This document shows positions 40,721 to 51,512 of a stretch of 64,000 nt of DNA, piece by piece (within the stretch, counting starts at the first letter, position 1; each line of letters starts with the position of its first letter). Origin of the DNA: a bacterium (GTDB lineage Bacteria > Patescibacteriota > Minisyncoccia > JAHIHE01 > JAGLIN01); contig DAOWDU010000031.1 of the NCBI GenBank assembly GCA_030638825.1, forward strand, positions 4,206 to 68,205. The letters run 5' to 3'. The notes under the pieces are model-generated. The model did not search any database, had not been told where the DNA came from, and was given only the letters and a program-made list of their open reading frames with translations. The translations under genes were made by a program, and so were the position numbers.

Positions 40721-42070
40721 TTATTTAAGTTCTTCGACATATAAACTTGTGTAAAGCATAACTTTGTCTGGATAGAATAAAAATCGTTGCCAGTTGCTTC
40801 CCGCAAAATACATTCCCGCCGCTTTATATTCAGCATTATAATCCCCTTGTGTCACTCCTGGAACTTTAGCAAGTTTCACGGCCATAGACGCAATGGCATC
40901 TGTTAAATCCCACGGATCAGGAGGGTGGTTGCCTGTAACTTCCGAAACTTGCACTTTATATGCCATCCAAGTTTTCGGCATCATTTGTGCTGGTCCCATC
41001 GCCCCACCCCAGCCAGGATATTTTGATGGTTTTCTGCTTACGGGCATTGCGTTGGGATCATATCCAAGTTCCGCTGTAATCGCTTCAAAAGTAGCCCGAT
41101 TGCTCGGACGCATATCAACTAAATAAGTTCCGCCTCCAACATTTGTTCCTAAACTTGATTCAACTCTCAATATTCCCAATAAAAACTCTGGGCGAACTCC
41201 CGTTAATGAAGAAATATATTTAGCAGCTGAAAAAGCATCAGTAAATTCTATCTTTTGTCCTAAACTTTGTAAATCATGCAACTGAGCTCTAAGCGATGGT
41301 AAAATATTTTTATTCTCCTCCAATAATTTCTGAAATTTATTTTCTTCTCCCTCCGTGATTTCTAAAAGTTCATTTTTCTGATTTTTTAAATCGTCCAAAG
41401 AATTATTTTGATCAATTCGCAATTGAACTAACTGATGGCGTTCTTCATTTTGTTTTTCAAGTTCTTCTTTCTGTAATTTTGCTTCCTCTTTTTCATTTTT
41501 AAGATTAATTATTGTTTCAAATATCTCATCTTTCACAGATTCTACGGCGTCAACTTCGTTAAAAAAAGCAGAAAAGCTTTTTCTAGTTACTAATATTTCA
41601 AACCTGGAATCTTGTTCATAAGAATAAAGAAGCTGAACAAAATCTTTTAGAAGCGCTCTGTCTTTTTCAATTCTTATTCCGCTTTCATCTATTTTATTCT
41701 CGGTCTCTTCTATCTCAAACTCTGTTTCTTCAGTTATTAATTTTGTTTCCTTAACTTCTAATTCGTTTTTGTAGATTCTGCTTTTATAGATAGAAACTTC
41801 ACTTTTTAGCGTCCTCGTTTCTTTCTGTTTAGCTTTTATTTCTAAAACTTGCTGATCAACTTCGCTTTCCAATTTCCTAATTTTTTCTCTTAATTCATCC
41901 ATTTTTTTCTGATTTTCTTCCGCCTCTTCTGCGCTAATCTCTTTATTATCATTTTCTGAAGATATTATTTTATTCAGAGGAAACGCGAAAAATAAAATAA
42001 CCAAAAACAAACCGCTCAACAAAATTGCTTTGCGGTTGTTTAAGAAAATATTGTTATATATTTGTCGCAT
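40721..42070 (-). CDS. Secreted coiled-coil protein with a C-terminal MltB-like lytic transglycosylase domain
   Basis: An N-terminal TM or signal is followed by a long coiled coil. The C-terminal GAMGPAQMMPKTW matches the SLT_2/MltB motif. Confidence 0.6.
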   Translation of the reverse strand: MRQIYNNIFLNNRKAILLSGLFLVILFFAFPLNKIISSENDNKEISAEEAEENQKKMDELREKIRKLESEVDQQVLEIKAKQKETRTLKSEVSIYKSRIYKNELEVKETKLITEETEFEIEETENKIDESGIRIEKDRALLKDFVQLLYSYEQDSRFEILVTRKSFSAFFNEVDAVESVKDEIFETIINLKNEKEEAKLQKEELEKQNEERHQLVQLRIDQNNSLDDLKNQKNELLEITEGEENKFQKLLEENKNILPSLRAQLHDLQSLGQKIEFTDAFSAAKYISSLTGVRPEFLLGILRVESSLGTNVGGGTYLVDMRPSNRATFEAITAELGYDPNAMPVSRKPSKYPGWGGAMGPAQMMPKTWMAYKVQVSEVTGNHPPDPWDLTDAIASMAVKLAKVPGVTQGDYNAEYKAAGMYFAGSNWQRFLFYPDKVMLYTSLYVEELK

Positions 42071-42085
42071 AAATAATGTAACAAT

Positions 42086-42817
42086 TTATTTTTTATTTTT
42101 CTTATCTTCTTTCTTATTTTCTTTTTTATCTCCCTCTTTAATTTCTTCTTTCTTGTCTCCTTCCTCAGAAGATTCTTCATCTTCTTTCTTCTCTTTCGCG
42201 CTTTCTACTCCTTCAACTTTTTCTTCAACTCTTTCTTCAAGTTCTTTCATTTCTTTTTCAGTCCTTGGAGGAGTAACATTTACAACCGCTTCTTCCACAT
42301 CCGCCACAATTTCTATCTCATCAGAAATTTTTAAATCTTTAATTCTTATAATATCATCTATATGTTCTAAAACGGAAAGATCGACTTCAATGTCATGAAT
42401 GAGATTCTTTGGCAAACACTTAATTTCAAGCATATCGTGACTTTTTACAAGAATTCCACTTTCGTTTTTAATCGCTGGAGATTCTCCGGTAAATTTGATA
42501 GAAACTTTGGTTGTGATTTTTTTATCCATTCTCACCTGATATAAATCAAAATGAATTATATTATCGTTCACAGGATCAGTTTGATAATTGTTGATAATCA
42601 CTTTTCCTATTTCCTTGTCGTCAATTTTAAGATCAATTAGAGTGCTCTCTCCAGCCTTGCTAAATACATCTTTAAAATCTTTTTCATTGATTTTTATTGA
42701 CACATTTTTACTTTTTGGCCCATAAACAATCCCAGGAACACAACCTTCTTTCCTAAGTTTGTTTGTTTTTCTCCCTGTCAATTTTCTCGTTTGCGTGGAT
42801 ATTGATAGTGCTTCCAT
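42086..42817 (-). CDS. rplY: 50S ribosomal protein L25/Ctc with a Lys/Glu-rich C-terminal tail
   Basis: The L25 N-domain motif LRKEGCVPGIVYG and related sequence are present. Confidence 0.75.
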   Translation of the reverse strand: MEALSISTQTRKLTGRKTNKLRKEGCVPGIVYGPKSKNVSIKINEKDFKDVFSKAGESTLIDLKIDDKEIGKVIINNYQTDPVNDNIIHFDLYQVRMDKKITTKVSIKFTGESPAIKNESGILVKSHDMLEIKCLPKNLIHDIEVDLSVLEHIDDIIRIKDLKISDEIEIVADVEEAVVNVTPPRTEKEMKELEERVEEKVEGVESAKEKKEDEESSEEGDKKEEIKEGDKKENKKEDKKNKK

Positions 42818-42849
42818 AGTTATTATTTTAAATTATAAAATCAAATCAT

Positions 42850-43149
42850 CTATCTTCTCTCTAAAAATTGATGCATTTCTAAAACATCATCGTATTCAAT
42901 ATAACTACTTTTTATATTTTTCAAATCACTTTCTGTAATGTCGGTCATCATGCTGACAGAAGTTATTCCTAGAATTCCAGTCATAATTACCATCATCATA
43001 GAACTCCTACATTTCTGACAGCTAAGATAAACGGTTATCATCCCGTCTTTTTTATCAATCATTTTTACATTCTTTTTGTCATATTTGAAATCACACATTG
43101 GACAATTTGTTATTATCTGCAAACTGGCCATTGAATTTGATTTTTTCAT
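42850..43149 (-). CDS. Hypothetical zinc-ribbon protein with a hydrophobic segment
   Basis: The motif CPMC...CQKC is present. Confidence 0.35.
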   Translation of the reverse strand: MKKSNSMASLQIITNCPMCDFKYDKKNVKMIDKKDGMITVYLSCQKCRSSMMMVIMTGILGITSVSMMTDITESDLKNIKSSYIEYDDVLEMHQFLERR

Positions 43150-43250
43150 AATTTTTATTTTTAGGTTATTTTAATCTAAATTTTGCCGTCTTTTTCTACT
43201 TTTCAAAATACCGCCAATATAGCTAATACTAATACAGAACAGAGGCAATG

Positions 43251-44549
43251 TCAAGATAAATTTCGTTGTTTAATCGCTTTTCTCGCAACTTCCCGATCAT
43301 CCCAAGGAACCTTCTTCTCGCCGCAAATTATAAACTGCTCCGCGCCTTTTCCAGTTATCATAACCAAATCATCTTTTTCAGCTATCTTAACCGCTTTTTC
43401 TATTGCCTCTTTTCTGTCTAATATTCTGAATAAATTTTTATCTAAATCTTTATTTTTAATTCCCGACATAACCTGATCCATAATTTTTTCTGGATTTTCA
43501 CTATAAGGATCTTCATTTGTTACAATTACAATATCAGCAAACTCATCAGCAATAGCGCCCGCTTTTGATCTGTAAGTCTTATCTCTGTCTCCCGTTCCTC
43601 CCAAAACCGCAATCATTTTATTTTTTAGATGCGGCTTAACCGCTTCATAAACTTTTTTCAAAGAATCTGGCGAATGAGCATAATCAACGATAACTTCAAA
43701 ATCTTGTCCCTCATCAATTTTTTCTAACCTGCCTGGGATATTCCTTATAAATTCTAACGCTTTTTTAATTTTAACTGGCTTTATATTTTCCGCTAAGCCG
43801 ACTGCTGTTGCCGCTAGAGAGTTATAAATATTAAATTCGCCAATCAGCGACAATTTTACAGCCACTTGTCCTTTGTCAGTTTTAATATTAAATTCTGTTT
43901 CTTTTTCTTTTAAAGTTATGTCTGTCGCTTTAATTAATTTTACATTATTTACTTCTTTATATCCCTTTAAGCTAAAAGCGTATTTGTCTACTTTTTCAAA
44001 ATTTAAGAAACTTTTTAAATCTTCATCATCATAATTTATGATTAAATTTTCCAAGTTTTTCGTAAGCAAAGCGTTATGAGAATTTTTGTAATTCGCGTAA
44101 GTCTTGTGATAATCAAGATGGTCGCTCATCATATTCGTCAAAACAACTGTTTTATATGGAACCCCCCAATGCCGATATTGAACAAGTCCGTGCGAAGAAA
44201 TTTCCACAATGACATAATCACATTTTTCTTTTACTGCTTTCGCCAAAAACTTTTGAAAATAAAATGGCGAGGTTGTTGTCAGCTTCACATCATTAAGCCA
44301 TTTTTTCCCGCCGATCTGAAAATTAGCGGTAGAAAGCATTGCGACTTTATATCCCCCTTCTTCCAAAATCTTTGCGATCATATTAACAGTTGTCGTTTTC
44401 CCTTTTGTTCCCGCAACGCCGATCGCCCTTATTTTCTTTCCAGGAAAACCATAAACAATTACCGCCAAAATCGCTCTCATTTTGTGGGTAAATAAAATAA
44501 ATTTATAAGGAATTATTTTTCTTAGGATTTGTTTTAATTTGTATAACAT
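43251..44549 (-). CDS. murE: Mur ligase family protein, MurE-like
   Basis: A GVAGTKGKTTT P-loop and DYAHSPDSL are present. Confidence 0.6.
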   Translation of the reverse strand: MLYKLKQILRKIIPYKFILFTHKMRAILAVIVYGFPGKKIRAIGVAGTKGKTTTVNMIAKILEEGGYKVAMLSTANFQIGGKKWLNDVKLTTTSPFYFQKFLAKAVKEKCDYVIVEISSHGLVQYRHWGVPYKTVVLTNMMSDHLDYHKTYANYKNSHNALLTKNLENLIINYDDEDLKSFLNFEKVDKYAFSLKGYKEVNNVKLIKATDITLKEKETEFNIKTDKGQVAVKLSLIGEFNIYNSLAATAVGLAENIKPVKIKKALEFIRNIPGRLEKIDEGQDFEVIVDYAHSPDSLKKVYEAVKPHLKNKMIAVLGGTGDRDKTYRSKAGAIADEFADIVIVTNEDPYSENPEKIMDQVMSGIKNKDLDKNLFRILDRKEAIEKAVKIAEKDDLVMITGKGAEQFIICGEKKVPWDDREVARKAIKQRNLS

Positions 44550-44581
44550 CTAAATAGTTTAAGCAAATTTAGTAAAGTATA

Positions 44582-45376
44582 TCAGATTAACGCGCTTTTA
44601 TCAAATTTTGCAATTGCTTTATGAATACCGCTTCCGTATTGAAGCGCTTTTTTATTTTGCGTTAATATTTCTTCTGGCAAATAATTTTTGAACGCTTCAC
44701 GCAAAATGTATTTATTGATGCTATTTTTTATTTTCAATTCTGGACTGATTTTGATCGCCAATTCCACAACTTCTTTTTCCAAAAAAGGACAAACTATATT
44801 AACACCAAAATAATTAAAAACTTGTTCATTATACTTCAAATTCGTTTCAGCTATATTTTTTATATCTTGAAATAAATCCTCTTCCAAATTGTTCGTTTTT
44901 TTATATCTATTATAACCAGCAAAAAGTTCGTCAGCGCCTTGTCCTAAAATAATATTTGTATAATTTCTTTTTTGCAGTTCCTCGGAAAGAATTACAAAAG
45001 GCGTATTTAAATCAAGCACCATTCTATTCTTTGTTTCCAAAATATCAATTGTCTTTTTTAAATACTTTTTCAAATCAAGTTCGTCAAAATAAATAATATT
45101 TAATTTCAAATTTAAAAGTCCAGCATTTTTTTTAGCATTTTTAACATCATAAGAATTCTTAAAACCAAAACAAAACAAAACTGGTCTATTATATTTAGAA
45201 ACTAAATAAGTTAAGACAGAAGAATCAATCCCGCCTGAAAAAGCGACAGGGATTTCTTGATAGCCTTTAACTAATTTTTTTACTGAATCATCCAAAACCT
45301 CAAAGAGCCGATATTTTATATTTTCATCATAAAATAAACTTTTTGGTTTTTGAAGTTTTTTGAAATTTACGAGCAT
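44582..45376 (-). CDS. Asparagine synthase-like PP-loop ATP pyrophosphatase; it has no glutaminase domain
   Basis: The SGGIDSS PP-loop and DELFAGYNRY are present. Confidence 0.6.
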   Translation of the reverse strand: MLVNFKKLQKPKSLFYDENIKYRLFEVLDDSVKKLVKGYQEIPVAFSGGIDSSVLTYLVSKYNRPVLFCFGFKNSYDVKNAKKNAGLLNLKLNIIYFDELDLKKYLKKTIDILETKNRMVLDLNTPFVILSEELQKRNYTNIILGQGADELFAGYNRYKKTNNLEEDLFQDIKNIAETNLKYNEQVFNYFGVNIVCPFLEKEVVELAIKISPELKIKNSINKYILREAFKNYLPEEILTQNKKALQYGSGIHKAIAKFDKSALI

Positions 45377-45454
45377 AATTTTATTAAAATAGATTTTATA
45401 AAATTCACTATAGTTCCATACCCTAGGGTATGGAACTATAGCAAATAAATAGAT

Positions 45455-45922
45455 TTATTTACCTCTCCCAATCCAATAAGCGACAATCCCGAAAGCAACT
45501 GAAACATTCAATGATTCTTTTTGCCCGCGCATTGGGATGTCAATAATTTTGTCCGATCTGTTTAATAAAGATTTTCTGATACCGCTGCTTTCGTTTCCGA
45601 TAATTAAAGCAAGGGGAAATTTTGGCTTAAAATCAGTATAATTTACACTTTTTGAAGTTTGTTCTAGAGACACGATCTGATACCCTTCTTTTTTTAATCT
45701 TTCAACTAATCGCCAAGATTGTTTTGCATATTCCCATTCAACATATTTCTGCGCGCCAAGAGCTACTTTAGAAATTTTTCTTTCCGCTTTTTCAGTGTCA
45801 GGTTTTCCTGTGATTCCGCATAAATACACCTTTTCAATTCCAACTCCATCCGCCGTTCTAAAAACGGAGCCTACATTAAACAGGCTCCTTAGACTATCAC
45901 AAATTACTACAAAGTTTTTCAT
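45455..45922 (-). CDS. SpoU/TrmH-family RNA 2'-O-methyltransferase (TrmL-like)
   Basis: The 155-aa SPOUT fold signature (GNESSGI ... Q) is present. Confidence 0.65.
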   Translation of the reverse strand: MKNFVVICDSLRSLFNVGSVFRTADGVGIEKVYLCGITGKPDTEKAERKISKVALGAQKYVEWEYAKQSWRLVERLKKEGYQIVSLEQTSKSVNYTDFKPKFPLALIIGNESSGIRKSLLNRSDKIIDIPMRGQKESLNVSVAFGIVAYWIGRGK

Positions 45923-45969
45923 TTAATAAAATTCAGGTTATAAGTTATTCGTTATCAGTTGTCGGTTAA

Positions 45970-46302
45970 TTACATTCCCATCATTTTCCTCGCTAATTCT
46001 TCGTATTCTTTTCTTTCCTGCGAAGACATTTTTCTTAATCTTTCCATCATTTCCAACTGGCTTGGATTTTCTTTTCCGCCCATTAATTTTTTCATCTTCT
46101 CCGCCATTTCCTGCTGTTCGTCATAGCTCATATTTTGCATATTCTCCATCGCTTTCATCGCCATCTCTTTTTGCGCGCCCTCTGGCATATCTTTTAATTG
46201 CTTCTCCATTGCTTTGTCCATCACTTTTTTCCCTACTTTAGTTTTGGCAAATTTCATCGCGCCCTTGCCAACGACTTTTTTGATTGAGTCTTTGATTCCC
46301 AT
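45970..46302 (-). CDS. Hypothetical methionine-rich charged protein
   Basis: About 20% of residues are Met, in MxxM/MM patterns. Confidence 0.4.
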   Translation of the reverse strand: MGIKDSIKKVVGKGAMKFAKTKVGKKVMDKAMEKQLKDMPEGAQKEMAMKAMENMQNMSYDEQQEMAEKMKKLMGGKENPSQLEMMERLRKMSSQERKEYEELARKMMGM

Positions 46303-46336
46303 AGTTTTAATTTAGTGGATTAATTAATATTTACTC

Positions 46337-46876
46337 TTATTTACATTTTAACATAAACAGACAAAACGCTGACAGTGTATCAAGATCTTTTATTTTTCCT
46401 GATTTGATTAATTTCTTAACTTCTGAAATTTTAAGCTTTTTTCTCTTTATTCCACCCGCCTTTTCTATCTCGTCAGGTTTTTGTTCGCCAAGCTTTAAAT
46501 CTTCTGCCAAAAAAACATGCGCTTTTTGATTAGAACATCCATAATTAGCGTAAAACCAGCCCAGCTTTCTAAATTTTTTTGCTGTTATTCCCGCTTCTTC
46601 TTTTAATTCTTTTTTTGCAGCCTGCAATAATGTTTCTTTTTTCTCTACTGCTCCCGCGACAACTTGAAGTAACTTTGATTTAGTTGTATATCTATACTGT
46701 TCTATTAAATAAAAACAGTCACCCTCTTTTGCAATTACAACAACATAATAATCACTTCTCTTTAAAATATAATATTTATGTTTTTTTCCATCTGATGTTA
46801 TAAAATCTTCGTCAAGAATTTTCAAATACTTGCATTTATAAGCAACTTTTGATTTTATTGTTTTCCAGTTTTTCAT
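46337..46876 (-). CDS. Nudix hydrolase
   Basis: The Nudix box GAVEKKETLLQAAKKELKEEAGI is present. Confidence 0.7.
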   Translation of the reverse strand: MKNWKTIKSKVAYKCKYLKILDEDFITSDGKKHKYYILKRSDYYVVVIAKEGDCFYLIEQYRYTTKSKLLQVVAGAVEKKETLLQAAKKELKEEAGITAKKFRKLGWFYANYGCSNQKAHVFLAEDLKLGEQKPDEIEKAGGIKRKKLKISEVKKLIKSGKIKDLDTLSAFCLFMLKCK

Positions 46877-46882
46877 AAATTA

Positions 46883-48016
46883 CTATGAGTTACTTAATTT
46901 CTTCCCCTCTCCAACGCCAACATTCTCCCCATCAATCTGATCAATTATTTTACTTAACTGCCTCGTCCTTACCCCAGATACTTTATCATACTGCAAAGAT
47001 AAAGATTTCAGTTTATTTCCAAGATGATCAAACTCATTGTTATACTTATTAAATTCCTCTTTAAACTTGCCAATTAAATTCACGACCCGATGCAAGTCTT
47101 CTTGGATTTTGAAATTATCATACGACTGATGAATTATTCTCAAGAAAGTGATAAAAGAAACAGGACCGACAATCGCTACTTTTTTGTTATTCGCTTCTTC
47201 AACGACATCATATAATTTATCGTTAATAACGCTGAAAATCATTTCGTTGGGAACAAATAAAATCACAAAGTCCAAAGTTTTTTCTTCAGGATTAATATAG
47301 TCTCTATTTGTAATCTGCTTGATTTTTTGCTTGACATCCGTTTTGAATTTCGCAAAATATTCTCTTTTTTCTTTCTCACTTTCTACTTCCTGATATTTCT
47401 GCAAATTGCTGTACGGAAATTTAACATCAATATTTACTTTAGTTTTGTCAGGCAAATAAATCGTAAAATCAGGACGATTAGCGTTTGTTTCCTGACTGAG
47501 ATTGCTGTCGTAATTTATACCTTTCACAAACCCAGCAATTTTTAATAAATTCTCCGCCACTTCTTCGCCATATTTTCCACGAAGCTGATTGTTAGATAAA
47601 ATATTTTTCAAATTCTCTGTTGAATCTTTCAACTTCCCCGTGATCATTTTATGTTCCGCGATGACCGTTTTTAAATTTGAAAATTCACTGATTCTCGCTT
47701 TCTCTGTATTTTCTATTTTCCTCTGACTATTGCTTAATCCACGATCTATTTTTTCAATCAACTCTTTAATCGCGTCTTTCTTACTATTAAAATACTGCTC
47801 GTTCCTTTTCATCTTCTCGTCACTCAATTCTTTAAATCTTTCCCTCTCTTCTTTTAATGTTTCCTTATTTCTTTCTTCCAACATTTTCAAATTCCTCTCC
47901 GCCATTTTCTCGCTAAAATTAGCTAAGTAGTTAACAATTGGTTTTTTGAATAACAAAAATAGAACAGCTAAAACTGTGACTAATGCTATAATTGTTATTA
48001 ATATTTGTTCAAGCAT
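46883..48016 (-). CDS. rmuC: DNA recombination protein RmuC
   Basis: An N-terminal TM is followed by a coiled coil and the RmuC C-terminal core (DFVILFVPNE). Confidence 0.7.
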   Translation of the reverse strand: MLEQILITIIALVTVLAVLFLLFKKPIVNYLANFSEKMAERNLKMLEERNKETLKEERERFKELSDEKMKRNEQYFNSKKDAIKELIEKIDRGLSNSQRKIENTEKARISEFSNLKTVIAEHKMITGKLKDSTENLKNILSNNQLRGKYGEEVAENLLKIAGFVKGINYDSNLSQETNANRPDFTIYLPDKTKVNIDVKFPYSNLQKYQEVESEKEKREYFAKFKTDVKQKIKQITNRDYINPEEKTLDFVILFVPNEMIFSVINDKLYDVVEEANNKKVAIVGPVSFITFLRIIHQSYDNFKIQEDLHRVVNLIGKFKEEFNKYNNEFDHLGNKLKSLSLQYDKVSGVRTRQLSKIIDQIDGENVGVGEGKKLSNS

Positions 48017-48095
48017 AGTTTATTTTTAACTTCTTCATTCTATCATAAGTTTCAACTTATATCAAAAAAAATAATCAGTCTCATTCTGAAACTGA

Positions 48096-49577
48096 TTAAT
48101 GTTTATTTTTTCTCCTCACGGCAATTGCTATTATTAATGTAGCGATTGCCGCCAAACCAAATCCCATTCCTGGTGTTTCGGGAGTGGGGATTATTTGACT
48201 TTCGGGAAGATAAAAACATGTTGGAGCGCAAGTTGGCTGCGCTTTTGGCGGTATTGACACCAATGTTGATGTCGGTGCTGGCGTGCTAATTGTTATAGCC
48301 TCTTCTATAACATTCACCACAATAACATCCTTATCAGAAAGACTTTCTGAATCTTCTGAAAATCCAGTATCAATAACAGTCAGTTCAATCTCATGTAGTC
48401 CAGTCCTGTTAAACATCACATTAAAAGTCGGACTATTTGAACTTCCTAGATATTCACCATAAGTTAGATCGTACCACAAATAACTGCTTATTACCTCCCT
48501 TAAAATATTACCATCAGGATCCCATGATCTACTACCGTCTAAAGTAAACTCCTTGCCATAGATAGCAATTTTTTCAGTAGCAGAAGCATCAGCAATTGGC
48601 GGATCAGGTTCAACTTCTTTGGCATGAAAGTTTTGCCAAGCTATTCCTTTTTCCCCAAAACGATCCGTAACTTCAAGAGAGACATTATATAACTCCCCAG
48701 AATTCTCAACAGTAAAGGATATATATTTCCTTGAGGAGGTAGTTATTTCTTCTTCTCCCCGATTAGTTATCTTACTTATCTTCCAATTCCAGCTAACAAT
48801 TTCATCATCTTCTTCATCGCCTCTTTGTCCTGTTGTTGAACCAGATTTAATCTGAAATCTTTTCCCCTCATAAATTTGAACGGGTAAAATTATTTCAGAC
48901 TTTGGAGGTGAATTAGAACTGGACGATTTTATCTTTACTTCAATTTCTTTGCGATTACTTTCGTCACCACATAAATTTGAAGCAATAACACCTATCTCGT
49001 GATTACTTTTCGCTTTAGAAGAAATAACTTTGAAAGTTATTTTTCCTTTATCTCCAGTTTTCCGAAATATTTCGGAATCATAATCCCAATTGTAGGTTAT
49101 CGTCCCATAGTCCTTATCACTTAAAATAACTTCCACTGAGATCTTATCTCCTATAACGAGATAATCATAATTACTATTTGTTCTATTCTTCAATTTTTCT
49201 ATGTACGGGACAGGATTGTTCTTAACATAAAATACAACCTCCTCCGTATCACTCATCCCACCATTATCAATTATTTTTAAAGTAATTTTATAAGTATCAG
49301 GATTTGTGATAAACGGTTTTCCTAAAGTAGCTCTAATACCTTCAGCTACAAGTTGATCGCCATAATACCATTCATATTTTACAACCTGACCATCTGGATC
49401 ATAAGATCCAGAAGCATCAAGTGTTATGCTTTGACATTCACAAGCAAAGCACAAATTAGGATTAACACTCGCTTTAGCAACAGGCTGATCATTAACTGCC
49501 ATCGCAGTTGGCAAAAACAGTAATAATAATAGCACTGACAGTGTCAACTTCATACTTAATTTCCTCTTCATTTTCAC
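48096..49577 (-). CDS. Secreted PKD-like repeat protein with a C-terminal TM and basic tail
   Basis: A signal peptide and repeated Ig-like (PKD) segments are present. The C-terminus is PETPGMGFGLAAIATLIIAIAVRRKNKH. Confidence 0.5.
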   Translation of the reverse strand: MKMKRKLSMKLTLSVLLLLLFLPTAMAVNDQPVAKASVNPNLCFACECQSITLDASGSYDPDGQVVKYEWYYGDQLVAEGIRATLGKPFITNPDTYKITLKIIDNGGMSDTEEVVFYVKNNPVPYIEKLKNRTNSNYDYLVIGDKISVEVILSDKDYGTITYNWDYDSEIFRKTGDKGKITFKVISSKAKSNHEIGVIASNLCGDESNRKEIEVKIKSSSSNSPPKSEIILPVQIYEGKRFQIKSGSTTGQRGDEEDDEIVSWNWKISKITNRGEEEITTSSRKYISFTVENSGELYNVSLEVTDRFGEKGIAWQNFHAKEVEPDPPIADASATEKIAIYGKEFTLDGSRSWDPDGNILREVISSYLWYDLTYGEYLGSSNSPTFNVMFNRTGLHEIELTVIDTGFSEDSESLSDKDVIVVNVIEEAITISTPAPTSTLVSIPPKAQPTCAPTCFYLPESQIIPTPETPGMGFGLAAIATLIIAIAVRRKNKH

Positions 49578-49807
49578 TAAAAACCACTTCCTTTTGTTTT
49601 ATTCAATTATATAAAGACCATCATCTTTTATTTCAAAGACTTTTCATTATAACTCAAATCTCATATTTGTCAATGGTTGCGCATTAAAAATATCAAAAAA
49701 AACCGACTCAATAAAAGCCAGCGTTTTTATAATTAAATCCATACACTTTCAAACCATCCAATCGCCATGCCATGCATAACAATTTAATAATACAACAATC
49801 TAACAAT

Positions 49808-51352
49808 TTATTTTCTCTTTCTCTTCATAATCCTAAAAACTCCATAAACATCAATCAAAATAGCGCCGGCAAAAATAGCGACGAACTTCCAGTAATTTTT
49901 TTCCGATTCATCAAGATCTTTGATTGGACGATCAACAATATTTTTTGACCGAATAGACGCCAAGTTCGCGGAATTAGAAACGGAGTCAATAAGATTGACA
50001 AAGAAAATTTCATTGTCAGGAACTTGTCTGATGAAAGTTGAGGAGACAAAATCAGAATCACCAAGGACAAATAATGTACCGCTTTCTGAATCTTCGTTTT
50101 TAGATTGAGAAACGGCAGCAACTGTTTTTTTAGATCCACTAACAAAAGACAAGTAACTATCTGGGAGAAGATTATAATTTTCTGACACTGTTTCGCCTTG
50201 GTTAGTTGAACTTAAAATAGGTCTGGCAAAATAATCATTATTTTCAGAAAGGGTCAGTGATGACGACCAAGGAAACATTATTGACTGGATATTTGACAGC
50301 GCTGGATGATCGCCGAAATTTTCACTTACTAATTTTAGCCAGAAAGGATACGGCTTGCTTACTGAGAAAAATCCTTGCTGATAAGTTATATTAAAATTTG
50401 ATTTGTCATAAACCAAGTTATCATTAATTTCAATCCCGTATTTTTTTGTTAGTTCGTTTAAATTATTTTTCACAGGCTGGGCTTCCAAATTGCCTTGCAA
50501 ATTCGGACTTATTGTTTCTGTCAAAACAATTAAGTTCCCACCGTTTTTTATAAAATCATCAAGAACAGAAATCTCTTCAGCTGTTATTTCCATCATCGGT
50601 CCAGCAATGATTAAAGTTATCGGTTCAATAAATTCTTTTATTTCTTCTTCCGCATCTTCTGCGCTGCTCATAGTTTTTTCAACATAAAATCCTTTTTGTT
50701 CTTCTGCGCTTTCTATTTTAACTTCCAAAACATCATACGATTTTACTAAATCTGGAATTTGCAAAATCTTCTCGCCATGTCCTTGTAAAAAAGCAACTAA
50801 TTCTTTTTTCTCTTGAGAAACAGAAAAAACAGCGGAGATAAAATCATACTCCCAACTATCAATAGACTGAATCATCGGAATCGCTTCCCTTTTTGTTCCC
50901 TCTTCATTTTCGGAAATTATCTCTACGCCAAAGAAACCCTGTTTTACTTCATATTTATCTTTCTCAATAACATTGAACTGAATCTGCGGAATTCCCTTTT
51001 CAGCAAGCTCTCTTACTTTCTCTGTTGTATTTTCTGGCTCATAATAAGAAACTTTCAATTTTGATCCTGCGATATCCTGATACTGATTCATAAAATCTAT
51101 CAGCTGTGTTTTGACACCAGCTACATCTTGCGGCAGATCTTTTGAAATATAAAAATTAACTTCAACTTCTTCCTCTAAATTTTTCAAAATATCTCTTGTC
51201 GCCTCTGAGGTCGTGTAAATTTTTTCTTCCGTTAGGTCAAAATAAAATGATTTTTGAGATGCTAAAAAATTGATAGCGATAAGGAACGCTAAAAAGATTA
51301 AGACGGAACTTAGGGAAGAATTTAATAGGTTTTTGATTTTTGGTAGTTTCAT
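49808..51352 (-). CDS. GldG-like ABC-transporter auxiliary component
   Basis: N- and C-terminal TM segments flank a large periplasmic-type domain. It is adjacent to an ABC-2 permease and ATPase. Confidence 0.5.
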   Translation of the reverse strand: MKLPKIKNLLNSSLSSVLIFLAFLIAINFLASQKSFYFDLTEEKIYTTSEATRDILKNLEEEVEVNFYISKDLPQDVAGVKTQLIDFMNQYQDIAGSKLKVSYYEPENTTEKVRELAEKGIPQIQFNVIEKDKYEVKQGFFGVEIISENEEGTKREAIPMIQSIDSWEYDFISAVFSVSQEKKELVAFLQGHGEKILQIPDLVKSYDVLEVKIESAEEQKGFYVEKTMSSAEDAEEEIKEFIEPITLIIAGPMMEITAEEISVLDDFIKNGGNLIVLTETISPNLQGNLEAQPVKNNLNELTKKYGIEINDNLVYDKSNFNITYQQGFFSVSKPYPFWLKLVSENFGDHPALSNIQSIMFPWSSSLTLSENNDYFARPILSSTNQGETVSENYNLLPDSYLSFVSGSKKTVAAVSQSKNEDSESGTLFVLGDSDFVSSTFIRQVPDNEIFFVNLIDSVSNSANLASIRSKNIVDRPIKDLDESEKNYWKFVAIFAGAILIDVYGVFRIMKRKRK

Positions 51353-51512
51353 TTTGATTATTGTGAAATAAATTTATATCGCTATTCTTATTCTATCTGT
51401 GTTCTTCTGTGCCTTTAGTCAGTGTTTATCAGTGTCCTATTTTAAAGCATTCTAATAGCACACAGAAGAACACTGACCTTTCGGGCACTGACAAACACAG
51501 ATACGCACTACG

